DNA of 64,000 bases from a bacterium (GCA_031385045.1 JANNBC010000024.1:224001-288000); one strand, 5' to 3'; counted from the first letter of the stretch, positions 20,052 through 30,540 are shown. Translations and numbers: made by a program. Notes: generated from the letters alone by a model not told the origin.

Positions 20052-20076
20052 CTAAACCCCACTGGGCTTTAGTTTA
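20048..20076. repeat. Short second-type palindromic unit sharing its TATA with the 50-bp element
   Basis: TATACTAAACCCCACTGGG matches 53580-53598 at 17/19. It ends GGCTTTAGTTTA versus GGCTTTCAGTATA at 53646-53658. Confidence 0.6.
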
Positions 20077-20237
20077 AATGAGGATTAAATATCCAATAAA
20101 GCTTAACGAAGTCAGGAGTGGTACTAAGATTTTAATTTATTAAAATCAGTTATGAAATGTAACTTTAGTGGCTATCAGAATAAATAAAAAATTATCCAGC
20201 ACTGTCTTTATCATTTATTTTATGCTAATTAAGCCAC

Positions 20238-20843
20238 ATGCAAGAAGTTAAACGCAGAAGTAGTAGGCCACCAGAGTGTGGAGCATGTTATGCTCGTCTA
20301 TTTACCAGTAATCTCGATCAACAGTTTTTTATTGTCGCCAATTTTTCCCCTAACCTTAGAGAACATGCTAAGGGACTGATTATTGAGCAACAAAGGGTTG
20401 GCATTGATGGTAAGCCTTTTGGAATGTTCAAAATTAAAACAATGCGTGATAATGTGCCCGCTACAGAATTTGCAAATCGTGCTGATATCCTGACTAGCAA
20501 TCCCAGAATCACTAAAACCGGTAAATTCTTAAGAAAATTCTGGCTTGATGAATTACCTCAAGCTGTCAATTTTGCCAGAGGGCAATTAAAACTTATTGGA
20601 CCAAGAGCTTTACCACTTGCAACCTCGCATGTTCTGCCTAAAAGATTTGTTGACCGACGTTCAAAGATGAAACCTGGCTTAATAAGTATTTCCCATGCCG
20701 ATCCCCATAGTTCAATCGAAGAAATGATTAGCAAGGAAAGGATTTACTTATACCGACATGCCAGAGCACCTTTTAGAACAGATGCATTTTACTTATTAAA
20801 ATTTCTATATCAAGTTGCTGCCAAGGGAAAACGTGGTCAATAA
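20238..20843 (+). CDS. Bacterial sugar transferase (monotopic phosphoglycosyl transferase) domain with no obvious membrane helix
   Basis: QQRVGIDGKPFGMFKIKTM, PRITKTGKFLRKFWLDELPQ, LIGPRA and KPGL. Confidence 0.85.
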   Translation: MQEVKRRSSRPPECGACYARLFTSNLDQQFFIVANFSPNLREHAKGLIIEQQRVGIDGKPFGMFKIKTMRDNVPATEFANRADILTSNPRITKTGKFLRKFWLDELPQAVNFARGQLKLIGPRALPLATSHVLPKRFVDRRSKMKPGLISISHADPHSSIEEMISKERIYLYRHARAPFRTDAFYLLKFLYQVAAKGKRGQ

Positions 20844-20875
20844 AATATTAGTCGATTAATTACAAGCTGTATTAG

Positions 20876-21643
20876 TTAGAAACTAGAGTGGTCTTCAAAA
20901 CGACAATGGACTTTTATCTCAGGATTAATTTTAGCCATGACTTCTTGAAAGTGATGTAAACATTTTTTTTCTAGAGAGATCTCAAAGCGTTCTTTTGGAA
21001 TATAAATACACAAAACCTGTTCTTTTTTAAAGTAAGAAAAAGCACAAGATAGAATATTATAAGATTTAGTCTCGACACCACAAAAAATCCTCTCAGTCCA
21101 TAATGACTCCACTGCATAATTATGAGTAGAGCGATCACAATATCTAGATGCCACAACCCCCGTCTCCTCGGAACTGTAAAAGATTACCCTCATACGTTCA
21201 TTGAAATTTGCCAAATCAGGAATCCTAGCTAAAGGCAGGACCTCTGGAAAGGAGTTACCCGAAGAGAAACGATAAAATCTTAATGCTTGGTTTAATTGCT
21301 GTAAATTAGGACTAGAATTTTGGCTAATAACTGGAAACTTGGCTAAGCTCCGATGAAACCAAAGTGCCGTAGAGCAGGGCGAGCCGATTACTAATTCAGC
21401 TTTTACTTCTGGCTTTTCTTTAAGGAAAAGCTGAACAGCAAAAACAGGATCTTTCGCTTCTTGAATTAAAGCAATTAATTTACAACTATCTTCATCTGTC
21501 AGAAAAGGTACATTTCGAATATGGATAACATCTTTTTTCAGTTCTTCTCCGTAGCATAATTGTCCGTACTTTAGATGCAAATAATGCCCAGCAGCTAATT
21601 CTGCTTTTAGTTCAAATGATGGGACAGGAGAATAAGTTGGCAT
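20876..21643 (-). CDS. Hypothetical protein
   Basis: 255-aa ORF filling the gap; no motif recognised. Confidence 0.6.
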   Translation of the reverse strand: MPTYSPVPSFELKAELAAGHYLHLKYGQLCYGEELKKDVIHIRNVPFLTDEDSCKLIALIQEAKDPVFAVQLFLKEKPEVKAELVIGSPCSTALWFHRSLAKFPVISQNSSPNLQQLNQALRFYRFSSGNSFPEVLPLARIPDLANFNERMRVIFYSSEETGVVASRYCDRSTHNYAVESLWTERIFCGVETKSYNILSCAFSYFKKEQVLCIYIPKERFEISLEKKCLHHFQEVMAKINPEIKVHCRFEDHSSF

Positions 21644-21649
21644 ATTTCT

Positions 21650-22009
21650 TTAAGGATCTACTCGTCTGTGAGGGCTAGTTAAAAGTTTCTCTAAGTGAGG
21701 TAAATAACTTGATAATTGTTCAGCAGTATTTAAACTATCAAGAAATTGGCCATTAATTGTTAAAACATCGACTCTACTTAATCGTCCTTCCCGAAAATAA
21801 TAATTATTGATTCCTTCAACCCAACTCCCGGTCTGTTTTAAAGATAAAATAAGTTCTCGGTTAACTTCTGTAACTTGAAAACGAGTATTGTGATCTAAAT
21901 CATTCCTGTATTCACTAGGATCAGTAGCAAGTACTTTCAAGCAAGCAAGAGCTTGCTCCGAGATAACTGGATGCTGGCTTAGATCTTGGATACTAATAAT
22001 CAATAACAT
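21650..22009 (-). CDS. Hypothetical protein
   Basis: 119-aa ORF, co-oriented and tightly spaced with its neighbours. Confidence 0.55.
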   Translation of the reverse strand: MLLIISIQDLSQHPVISEQALACLKVLATDPSEYRNDLDHNTRFQVTEVNRELILSLKQTGSWVEGINNYYFREGRLSRVDVLTINGQFLDSLNTAEQLSSYLPHLEKLLTSPHRRVDP

Positions 22010-22054
22010 AAAACTAGTTATGGTTAAAAATCAGGCAATGTGACTTTTTAGTGG

Positions 22055-23818
22055 CTAATCTTGAATAAAACCACTTACTTGTCGCTCCCAAATACGAGCA
22101 TAAAGCCCTTGTTTGGAAAGTAGTTCTTGATGAGTTCCTCATTCCATCAACTTACCTTGATCAATTACCACAATGCGATCCATCATCTGTAATGTCGATA
22201 AACGATGGGCAATGGCAATAACAGTCTTATCTCTCATTAAAGTCCTTAAAGCACGCTGAATTACAGCCTCACTTTCACTATCTAGGGCACTAGTTGCTTC
22301 ATCTAAAATCAAGATTGGAGCATTTTTTAGAAAAGCCCTGGCAATTGAAATCCTTTGACGTTGGCCTCCAGAAAGCTTTACCCCACGCTCACCAACATAG
22401 GTAAAATACTTCTCAGGATAAGCCTCGATAAACTCAGTAGCAAAAGCTTTTTCCGCAGCTAACCGCACATCGGCTTCAGTCGCTTGGAAAGTTCCATAGC
22501 GAATATTATCAAAAATTGTTCGATGAAATAATTCTGTATTCTGAGGTACGTAGGCAATATTAGCCCTTAAACTATCTAAGCCAACAGCCGAAATATCTTG
22601 TCCATCAATTAAAATACTACCTGACTGTAAATTATGTTGCCGAAGAAGCAAGCTAACCAAGGTTGACTTACCGGCACCGCTCAAGCCAACTAACCCCACC
22701 TTTTCTCCAGGCAAAACATGAATATTCAGGTGGTTAAAAACTTTATCTTGGTTATAGCCAAAAACTAAATCTTTAAATTCAATTTCACCCTTATTAACTA
22801 CAAGTGCTTGCCCAGTAGCAGAATCTAGAATCTCATAAGGAAGTAAGATATCATCTAAACCCTCTTCCATTTGCCCATAATTTTGAAGAGCCATTGTGAT
22901 TGCATTACCAAGAAAGAAAAGCCCTCGCTCCAATGAAACTGCAATTGCAATAATCATGACAATACTACCAATGCTAATTAATTTAGCTTCAAGTAAATAG
23001 ACAGATGCGCCAAGCATCAGTAACATAAAAATGGAAATTAAAATTGCATTAAAGACTAAAATCCACTCAGCCTGATACCAACTACGAAGATGACGCAACT
23101 GAGATATTCGCACATATCTTTGGATATATCTTTGCTCAAAAAGTACTCCGGGGGCATTTTGAACCGCAGCAATATTCCCCGTACTATCAATCATTTTTCC
23201 TTTTAACTTAGAACCGGCATTAGAATTTTGATAATAATATTTTTTTAATTTTATACCCCAAAAAATATTTAATCCGACAAATACTAACATCCAAGAACTG
23301 AGAATAATGCTTAAGAGATAATGAGTATGGTAAGTTAAATATAGATCAGCAAAGAGCCCAATAAATAGAGGTCCAAAATTCCAAAAAGAATCGCAGGCTA
23401 GCCCCTCAAAGCCATTGGCAACATTGGTGATCTTATTAGCGAGAGCGCCAGCAAAGCGATTATGAAAATAACTAACAGAATGTCGACTAATATAATTAAA
23501 AAGATTCTGATTAATATTAGCTTTGGTTTTTGTAATCCAACGCATCCCAGTAAAACCACTTAGTCGCCAAATGACGCTGTTTATTAGTTGAATGAAAGCA
23601 TACAGGACAGCTAGCTTCCAAAGAGCTGTAAATGGAATTTCTGATTTAGAGGCTGAGATTGCTGTGTTAGTAATCTCCTCTGTTAAATAAATTTTTAAGC
23701 GCCCAAAAGCAGTGGCGGAAATAACACAAAAAATGGAGATCAACATCCAGATCCTCACTGATTTTGTGGAAGCAAGCACAAACTGCCAGGGTGAATGTTT
23801 CTCTGATAGATAAGTCAT
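22055..23818 (-). CDS. ABC transporter permease-ATPase (MsbA/MdlB-like) with an in-frame TGA at 22139-22141
   Basis: TM domain, GLSGAGKS, LSGGQRQR, ILDEATSALD and AHRLST. After the TGA the same frame continues GTHQELLSKQGLYARIWERQVSGFIQD to TAG at 22055. Confidence 0.88.
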
Positions 23819-23896
23819 TCTAAACTTATATCAAGCGAAATACACTTTGGCAAAATAAGAATCAATTTAGCTACTGATAGTTTCTAACTAATCAAG

Positions 23897-24736
23897 CTAA
23901 GATTTAATAATAGGATCGTTAATTTCAATTTGCATATCTGGCATTATTTCTTCTGGAAGAATAGTAAAAGTTCCCACTGTTTCAATCATTCCCTTTCTTA
24001 AGCTAACAGCTTTTACTTTTTTTCTGACACCAGATTGAGTCAGCGTTTTTTTTGCTTTACCCTGACCATATGTAATTTCAATTGGGCTGGAATAAATTCC
24101 AAGTTCTAACCACCGTGAATCATCAGTTGAAATAATATAGGCCTCCAGTAATGGATCTGATTCAAAATACTCAATCCTGTAAGGCAAATTAAAATTAATT
24201 TCTGGACAGGTAGCATCTAAACTAGAACTCACAACTAAATTTTGATAGCAACTAGATTGGAAGATTAAAAGATCTGCTACTGCTAGAGTTAAATCTTCTG
24301 GCTGGATATTCTTTAAATTGGCATTACTAAGTGTGTAGAGTGAGTTTGCTCCGATTGCGGCAACTTTAATAAATTTCTTTTTACCATTTACCTTAGTTCT
24401 TTTTTCTAGAACTTTTAATTCACTGCCATCTTTGGGATCAATAATTACTGCTCCTAGATAGTACACATTCTCAGCAAGCTCACTTAAACTAGCAAAATCA
24501 ATTTTATAGGTAGCACTGCTTAGATTAAAGACAGGGACAGTATTTTTTTTGAGATCGGACAATCGGGCGAGGTAACTCCCATCAGCTAGCTTCTCTAGCT
24601 TAAATTCTAATTGAATAACCCCTTTCTTAAATTTTCCAAATCCTTGAAAAACTCCTGGTATTCCAATTAATCCTAACGTAACAGTTAGTAAAATGACCGC
24701 AGCCAACTGGAGAGAAGCGTTTTTAGACATGTACAC
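23897..24736 (-). CDS. Hypothetical exported or membrane-anchored protein
   Basis: N-terminal hydrophobic segment; AAGGAG about 10 nt before the GTG. Confidence 0.6.
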   Translation of the reverse strand: MYMSKNASLQLAAVILLTVTLGLIGIPGVFQGFGKFKKGVIQLEFKLEKLADGSYLARLSDLKKNTVPVFNLSSATYKIDFASLSELAENVYYLGAVIIDPKDGSELKVLEKRTKVNGKKKFIKVAAIGANSLYTLSNANLKNIQPEDLTLAVADLLIFQSSCYQNLVVSSSLDATCPEINFNLPYRIEYFESDPLLEAYIISTDDSRWLELGIYSSPIEITYGQGKAKKTLTQSGVRKKVKAVSLRKGMIETVGTFTILPEEIMPDMQIEINDPIIKS

Positions 24737-24820
24737 GTATCAAAAACTCCTTAATTCTGCGAGAAATAGGAAGTACTGATTAAGATGCTTGCAAGCAAGA
24801 AATTGATTCGTGGGATTAAT

Positions 24821-25534
24821 TTAAGCTAGTAGCTTACCGGCTCCATAAGCGATTGCTTGCTCTACTCGTAGCATCCGAGCTCCAAAATTGATGGATAAAA
24901 ACCCACTTGTGAGCATTTGGTCTTCTTCCTCGGAGGTCCAACCTTTTTCAGGGCCAATTGCTAAAATTTTATAAGCACTTACATCCTGATAATTTGAATC
25001 AATACTATGTTTTGTTGTAGCTAAATACTTAGTCGCACTTAGATATTTAGAATTAGTTTTTAGATCTAAAAGAAATTCCGATAATTTTGTCACGATCCGA
25101 ATTATTGGAACAAGATAATCTCCGGACTGGGCCATTCCTAAGCTAATTTCATGTTGTAACTGCAAAGGTTCCCAAATCTTAGAACTTAAATAACTTTTTT
25201 CTGAATTTGCAGAAAGAATAAAAACTATTTCCGTGACGCCAAGACTTAAAGATAATTGAATAACTTTTTTAACTGTTTGAGGTCTGGATATTCCAACTAG
25301 TAAAGTAAGTGGATTTTTATTGATTATTAAATCATTTTTTTGATAAGACACTCTTACAAAATCTTTCTTGATCTCTTCAATCAAGGCCATTCCTTTGCTC
25401 TGATTAAACAAAATTGCCGAAATATTTAATCCTGGGATTAAGTCATGCTGCTTAATCAAATCACGCGCCGCTGCCCCTTGATAGACATAATCCTTGCCAA
25501 CTGCATTTTCAGAATTAAGTACTAAGTAATTCAT
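24821..25534 (-). CDS. rsmE: 16S rRNA m3U1498 methyltransferase
   Basis: LAIGPEKGW and FGARMLRVEQA are SPOUT motifs. Confidence 0.85.
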   Translation of the reverse strand: MNYLVLNSENAVGKDYVYQGAAARDLIKQHDLIPGLNISAILFNQSKGMALIEEIKKDFVRVSYQKNDLIINKNPLTLLVGISRPQTVKKVIQLSLSLGVTEIVFILSANSEKSYLSSKIWEPLQLQHEISLGMAQSGDYLVPIIRIVTKLSEFLLDLKTNSKYLSATKYLATTKHSIDSNYQDVSAYKILAIGPEKGWTSEEEDQMLTSGFLSINFGARMLRVEQAIAYGAGKLLA

Positions 25535-26643
25535 CGCTTATTCTTTAAAACCTGTTTGATCACCTTGCGTCCAAGTCGACGATAGGTTGTGTATTTAGGA
25601 GTGTACACTTGGAAATAACCAGTATCGTGTAAAATTAAATCATAATTTAAAAAATCCGCGTCCCCATTAAATTCTTGCTTTGCTGGCAAGACACCTTGCT
25701 CCACACGAAGTAAGTCTTGGATATCAAAAGTAAATTCTGGACAAACCGCATTAAAGCTATTGATATCGGTAGAAATTAAAAGTGGAGAAATCTCGGTTTC
25801 TAATTTTGCCGTGAAGGTACCAAGCGCAATTTGATTATTCTCCCTAGGAACTACAAAGTATTGCCGTCCCTCAGTGCTGGCTACAGCGAAAGCGCTCTTT
25901 AAGCAGCGGCTATCCTTAAATATCAGATTATAGGTTCTTCCCCAAAAAATTTGATTATTAATATTATTAATATTTTGAGTTGTGATATTTTTACAACCAA
26001 AAGCGCTAGCATTTACTACCTGTTTCGCAATAAATTGCTCACCATTAGTAGCCGTCACTTGAAAGACATTTCCGATACGGACAACTTGTTGAATCTGGGT
26101 GGAAGTAAATACTTGAAGATTATCTGATATTTTTTCTATTTCCCTCTCCACTAATCCCCGCGGATTTAACATTTGGGCATCATGCCAAATAAGTGCCCCA
26201 TAGGCAAAACGTTTTTCAAAAAAAGGAAGAAAGACTTTAGCATAAACCTCTACCGCTACTTGAGGAGCGAGCAAGGGTGAGCCTAAAATCTTTTGTAAGC
26301 AAGCATAAATTATGGCACCAGCTTTTGCTGGGTACTTACTCTTTAAACCGGTTGGATTAAGTGGCATCAAACATCTAAGTGGTGTGATTAAATCTGGATA
26401 AGTCAAAAGTAATTCCTTTTGAGCTAGCAAGGAATTAATTGTTCGAACAAAATCTAATTTTTGAAGATAGCGAAAACCACCATGAATAATTCGTAAACTA
26501 TTGTTTGATGCTTCACTAGCTATCTGGGGATTTGCCTCTAAAAGCACAGTCTTTAATCCCTTTTGGTTTGCGGCTACTGCAATACCAACCCCGGTAATAC
26601 CGGCACCAATAATTGCTAAATCAAAGGTAGGCATTGTTTTCAT
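25531..26643 (-). CDS. FAD-dependent oxidoreductase (glycerol-3-phosphate dehydrogenase-like, short)
   Basis: IIGAGITG, SNNSLRIIHGGFRYLQ and KYTTYR. Confidence 0.8.
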   Translation of the reverse strand: MKTMPTFDLAIIGAGITGVGIAVAANQKGLKTVLLEANPQIASEASNNSLRIIHGGFRYLQKLDFVRTINSLLAQKELLLTYPDLITPLRCLMPLNPTGLKSKYPAKAGAIIYACLQKILGSPLLAPQVAVEVYAKVFLPFFEKRFAYGALIWHDAQMLNPRGLVEREIEKISDNLQVFTSTQIQQVVRIGNVFQVTATNGEQFIAKQVVNASAFGCKNITTQNINNINNQIFWGRTYNLIFKDSRCLKSAFAVASTEGRQYFVVPRENNQIALGTFTAKLETEISPLLISTDINSFNAVCPEFTFDIQDLLRVEQGVLPAKQEFNGDADFLNYDLILHDTGYFQVYTPKYTTYRRLGRKVIKQVLKNKR

Positions 26644-27830
26644 AAACTTTCCTGAAACTTAGAGCAGGAGTTAATTGGATAGAACTTGAAAAATCCAATT
26701 GTTCCAACTGCCAAATTAGACTTCCAGACTATTTTCTTTTGAGAGTTAAGCTCATAAAGATGCCCTAGGCGATCATTAAAAATTAAAGAATTGCCGGTAG
26801 CTAATCTTTGAACTCGTGCATTGGCTCCCGTATGAAGTTTATTTTCAACACCATAGTTCCAAATTACTCTTTGACTGCTTGGATTAATTTCTAAAATAGT
26901 AGATCTGCCTGATAAATCTTCCGAGTCATGATTTAGTAAAATTATATTACCAGCCCCAGGCAACTCTTTGGCTAGCATTTCAGCTTGTATTCCAGAAACT
27001 TGGCCACTCGGCTCATCTCCATGATAGCGCCAAACTACTGATCCACTTACTCGATCAACAATTAACAACTCAGCAAAACTATTTACGGCCATTAAAAGAT
27101 TACCAGGACGGAAACGAGAATCTCCTTGATCAAAAAATTGGTTTTCAGGCAAAATATTTAGTGTTTTAATACTAAGCCAATCAGTTATTTTCTCTAACTC
27201 TTGATGATTTAATGTTGCCCCCTTCTGACCTAAACATTTTTTTGCACCACAAGTATTAACATCTAAATGATCCCAACTCTGCCATTTCCAAATAACTTCG
27301 CCAGTGGAATCTATTTCTGTAACTACAGCAGCATTAATTTCTAATAATTTTCTAGTAGTATCTTGAATCTTATTGACCTCTTCCAGTGGTAAAGGAAGTT
27401 TTGTAGTTAGTAAAGTATTACCATTTTGTAGGCGATATGCCTGAGAATCAAGAATATATTCTGATTTAAAAGACATCTGGAGATGTCCATTCCAATTATA
27501 TTCTTTGACACTTGACTCCAAACTTGCTCCTTCGTGCTTTCGGAAACTTGGCTTACGACCTTGAATGGTCATTAAGTTACAATTTGGTAATAGTTCTACA
27601 TTACTTGCCCCAATCTTGGTCCACTGATGAAATGTTTTACCATATAAATCTTGCAAGTTAACTGTTTGGCTGGAAGGATCAATTAAAAGCAATGCGCCAC
27701 GGTTTGCCTGCGCCTGTGACTCCACATGAGGCGCGCTGGGCTCTGAATCATTCTTTGTTAGTAATAACAAAAGAATACCAAGTAAAATCAAAGCAGTCAT
27801 TTGTAGCAATTCTTGTAGTCTTATGTTCAC
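26640..27830 (-). CDS. Arylsulfate sulfotransferase (ASST)-like beta-propeller, membrane-anchored and degenerate
   Basis: RLQNGNTL, EIDSTGEVIWKW.SWDHL, GDSRFRPGNLL, PGAGNIIL and QRLATGNSLI repeats. Confidence 0.7.
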   Translation of the reverse strand: MNIRLQELLQMTALILLGILLLLLTKNDSEPSAPHVESQAQANRGALLLIDPSSQTVNLQDLYGKTFHQWTKIGASNVELLPNCNLMTIQGRKPSFRKHEGASLESSVKEYNWNGHLQMSFKSEYILDSQAYRLQNGNTLLTTKLPLPLEEVNKIQDTTRKLLEINAAVVTEIDSTGEVIWKWQSWDHLDVNTCGAKKCLGQKGATLNHQELEKITDWLSIKTLNILPENQFFDQGDSRFRPGNLLMAVNSFAELLIVDRVSGSVVWRYHGDEPSGQVSGIQAEMLAKELPGAGNIILLNHDSEDLSGRSTILEINPSSQRVIWNYGVENKLHTGANARVQRLATGNSLIFNDRLGHLYELNSQKKIVWKSNLAVGTIGFFKFYPINSCSKFQESL

Positions 27831-27899
27831 AGTTATTGTCTTTATTCTTTTGTAGATATTACATACTATAGTGTTAGGATTAAATCATCTATCTCCAAA

Positions 27900-29396
27900 A
27901 TGTCTGTATTACTGAAGCTTAAAGATTACTGGATTCATCTATTACTCCTCATAATTAGTTTTTGCTATTTGGCTGTTATCTCTCAGCAAAGACTAATTGC
28001 TAGAGACGAAGGGTTTTATCTTTTTGCTAGCCAACTAGTGGTAGAGGGGCACAAAACCTACTTAGATTTCTTCTATCCACAGATGCCAATGCTTCCGCTA
28101 ATCTATGGATTATTTTTTAAAATATTTGGAGTAAGCTGGGAGAATGCTAGGTTACTGAACGCTTTCTTCGCCAGTTGCCTGGGCATTACAATTTTTAGCT
28201 ACCTCAAGTTAAAATTTCGCTTAAGCTATGCCTTGTTCGGATTATTTCTCTTCTTATTTTCTAATTATACAATTGCTTGGCTTAGCGTTTCACAGACCTA
28301 CGCCCCCTCATTACTTTGCTTATTGATCAGCTTTTACTATCTAACTAGAGGAAATCTCACAAAAGTAGATGTGCTGACAGCCGCTGGATTTTTAGCTTAT
28401 GCCATCCAAATTAGATTATTTTTTATTGCTCTAGTTCCATTTTACCTTGGTAAGCTACTGATTAATTCCAAAATAAAACCGGAAAAAACAAAGGATTGCT
28501 TAAGATTTATTGCTATCCTTGTGCTCTTCTCGCTACCTACATTATCGCTTGCTTGGACAAACTGGGATAATTTTTATTTTAATAATTTAGGCTATCATTT
28601 AGATCGCAGTAATTTAACCCCCACTGATACATTCGAAAATAAAATTCAAGTTGGACTTGTAGCACTGGGATTAACTCCGACTGTCAAATTTTCAGCCTGG
28701 CAATTACCGGCACTAATCTATTGCTCATTTTGCTCAGCAATTTTAATACTACTTAAGGAAAAAACCATCCCCTTAGCATTTTTATTATTGATAACACTTT
28801 TTATCTTAAACTTGATTCCCAACCCAGCTTATGTTCAATATTTTGCGACGTTACTTCCCTTTGCAATAATTGGAACTATTACATTGCTAAATTTAATTCC
28901 TCAAAAAGCAATTAGAGTAAGTGTAGTAATATTATTACTGGGGATCTATATCTATAAACTTCCAGCTGACTACCTCAGACATCTCCGTACAGGAGAAAAT
29001 TTAATTGGTATCATGACCCAAGATCAAGCCAATCACTATAACCTTAAGAATCTCCGAAAGATCAGAGAAAGATTACAAATTGAATGTGATTCAAAAGAAA
29101 TGATTATTGGATATTGGCCAGGATATCTGGTGGGAACACCTTGTCAAGCTTATCCGGGCACTGAAAACCATTTTGGTATCCAAATTGCCGAGAAATTAAG
29201 TCCTGAAAAACAACAAAAATACTCGGTTATTAATAACGAAAGGATTAAGCAAGCAATTACCGCAGGCTCTGCTCCGCTTGTGCTACTTGGAAAAAGAGAA
29301 GAAAATAATCAAAAAATTCGTAAGCTAGTTAATCTCGCTGGATATAAAAGTATTTGGAAAAATGCAGGAGTGGAGATCTTTCGAAAATCAAGTTAA
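27900..29396 (+). CDS. GT-C fold membrane glycosyltransferase (ArnT/GT39-like)
   Basis: RDEGFY, YLDFFYPQMP and multiple TM helices. Confidence 0.75.
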   Translation: MSVLLKLKDYWIHLLLLIISFCYLAVISQQRLIARDEGFYLFASQLVVEGHKTYLDFFYPQMPMLPLIYGLFFKIFGVSWENARLLNAFFASCLGITIFSYLKLKFRLSYALFGLFLFLFSNYTIAWLSVSQTYAPSLLCLLISFYYLTRGNLTKVDVLTAAGFLAYAIQIRLFFIALVPFYLGKLLINSKIKPEKTKDCLRFIAILVLFSLPTLSLAWTNWDNFYFNNLGYHLDRSNLTPTDTFENKIQVGLVALGLTPTVKFSAWQLPALIYCSFCSAILILLKEKTIPLAFLLLITLFILNLIPNPAYVQYFATLLPFAIIGTITLLNLIPQKAIRVSVVILLLGIYIYKLPADYLRHLRTGENLIGIMTQDQANHYNLKNLRKIRERLQIECDSKEMIIGYWPGYLVGTPCQAYPGTENHFGIQIAEKLSPEKQQKYSVINNERIKQAITAGSAPLVLLGKREENNQKIRKLVNLAGYKSIWKNAGVEIFRKSS

Positions 29397-29452
29397 GCTA
29401 TCCTGACTTGATTAAAGTTTAATCTGTAGTTCAAAATTTAAAAGAAATAATT

Positions 29453-30511
29453 ATGTTACCAACCAAAGCCTATGCTGCCTTTGAAATCAAGGGTCAACTT
29501 GCACCGTTTAATCTAGACCGAAGATCTATTACTGACCAGGATGTACAAATTGAAATTTTATACTGTGGAGTATGTCACTCGGATTTACATACGGCTCTTG
29601 GTGAATGGCCAGGAAGTGTTTATCCAGTAGTTCCAGGACATGAAATTGTAGGACGAGTGACGGCAACAGGCACTAAGGTTAATAATTTTAAAATTGGCGA
29701 GCTAGTTGGCGTAGGCTGCTTAGTTGACTCCTGTCAGGACTGTACAAATTGTCATGATGGCCTTGAGCAATATTGCAATAATGGCGGAATGGTTTTTACC
29801 TACAATAGTCCGGATAAACATCTTCCAGGCAAAATGACTTATGGAGGTTACTCTACTGGAATTGTTGTCAATCAAAAATTTGTTTTAAAAGTTTCTGAGA
29901 AATTAGATCCAGCAGGAGTTGCTCCACTATTATGTGCCGGAATAACTACTTACTCTCCCCTCCGCCACTGGAAAATTGGCAAAGGTCAGAAAGTTGGAAT
30001 TGTGGGATTAGGTGGATTAGGACATATGGGTCTTAAATTTGCTCATGCTTTTGGAGCTGAGACTGTTTTATTTACAACCTCAGAAAATAAAATTGCTGAT
30101 GCAAAACGACTGGGAGCTGATCAAGTAGTAATCTCTAAAGATCCGGAGCAAATGAGCAAACATGCCAATAGTTTTGATTTTATTTTAAATACCGTAGCTG
30201 CCTCTCATAATCTAGATGCCTTCACTAGCCTTTTAAAACTTAATGGGACAATGTGTCTTGTTGGAGTTCCAGAACATCCACATCCGAGCCCAAATATTGG
30301 AAATTTAATTTTTGGTCGACGAAGTATCGCAGGATCTTTGATTGGAGGCCTGAAAGAAACGCAAGAGATGTTAGATTTTTGTGCCAAGCACAATATTGTC
30401 TCAGATATCGAAATGATCTCAATGAGCGAAATTAATGAAGCCTACACACGGATGGTTAAAAGTGATGTTAAATATCGCTTTGTGATCGACATGGCCTCAC
30501 TTAAGAGTTAA
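29453..30511 (+). CDS. Zn-dependent NADPH alcohol dehydrogenase (CAD/YahK family)
   Basis: CGVCHSD, GHEIVG, four structural Cys, PLLCAGIT, GLGGLG and YRFVID. Confidence 0.95.
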   Translation: MLPTKAYAAFEIKGQLAPFNLDRRSITDQDVQIEILYCGVCHSDLHTALGEWPGSVYPVVPGHEIVGRVTATGTKVNNFKIGELVGVGCLVDSCQDCTNCHDGLEQYCNNGGMVFTYNSPDKHLPGKMTYGGYSTGIVVNQKFVLKVSEKLDPAGVAPLLCAGITTYSPLRHWKIGKGQKVGIVGLGGLGHMGLKFAHAFGAETVLFTTSENKIADAKRLGADQVVISKDPEQMSKHANSFDFILNTVAASHNLDAFTSLLKLNGTMCLVGVPEHPHPSPNIGNLIFGRRSIAGSLIGGLKETQEMLDFCAKHNIVSDIEMISMSEINEAYTRMVKSDVKYRFVIDMASLKS

Positions 30512-30540
30512 AAGCCCATAAATAGCTAATCAAAGATTGT

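Noticed and set aside
22139..22141. Genome-wide TGA recoding (code 4/25) or selenocysteine
   Set aside because: TGA terminates other genes, including ATGA overlaps at 25531, 26640, 58907 and 62276. The site is not a Cys position and no convincing SECIS hairpin follows.
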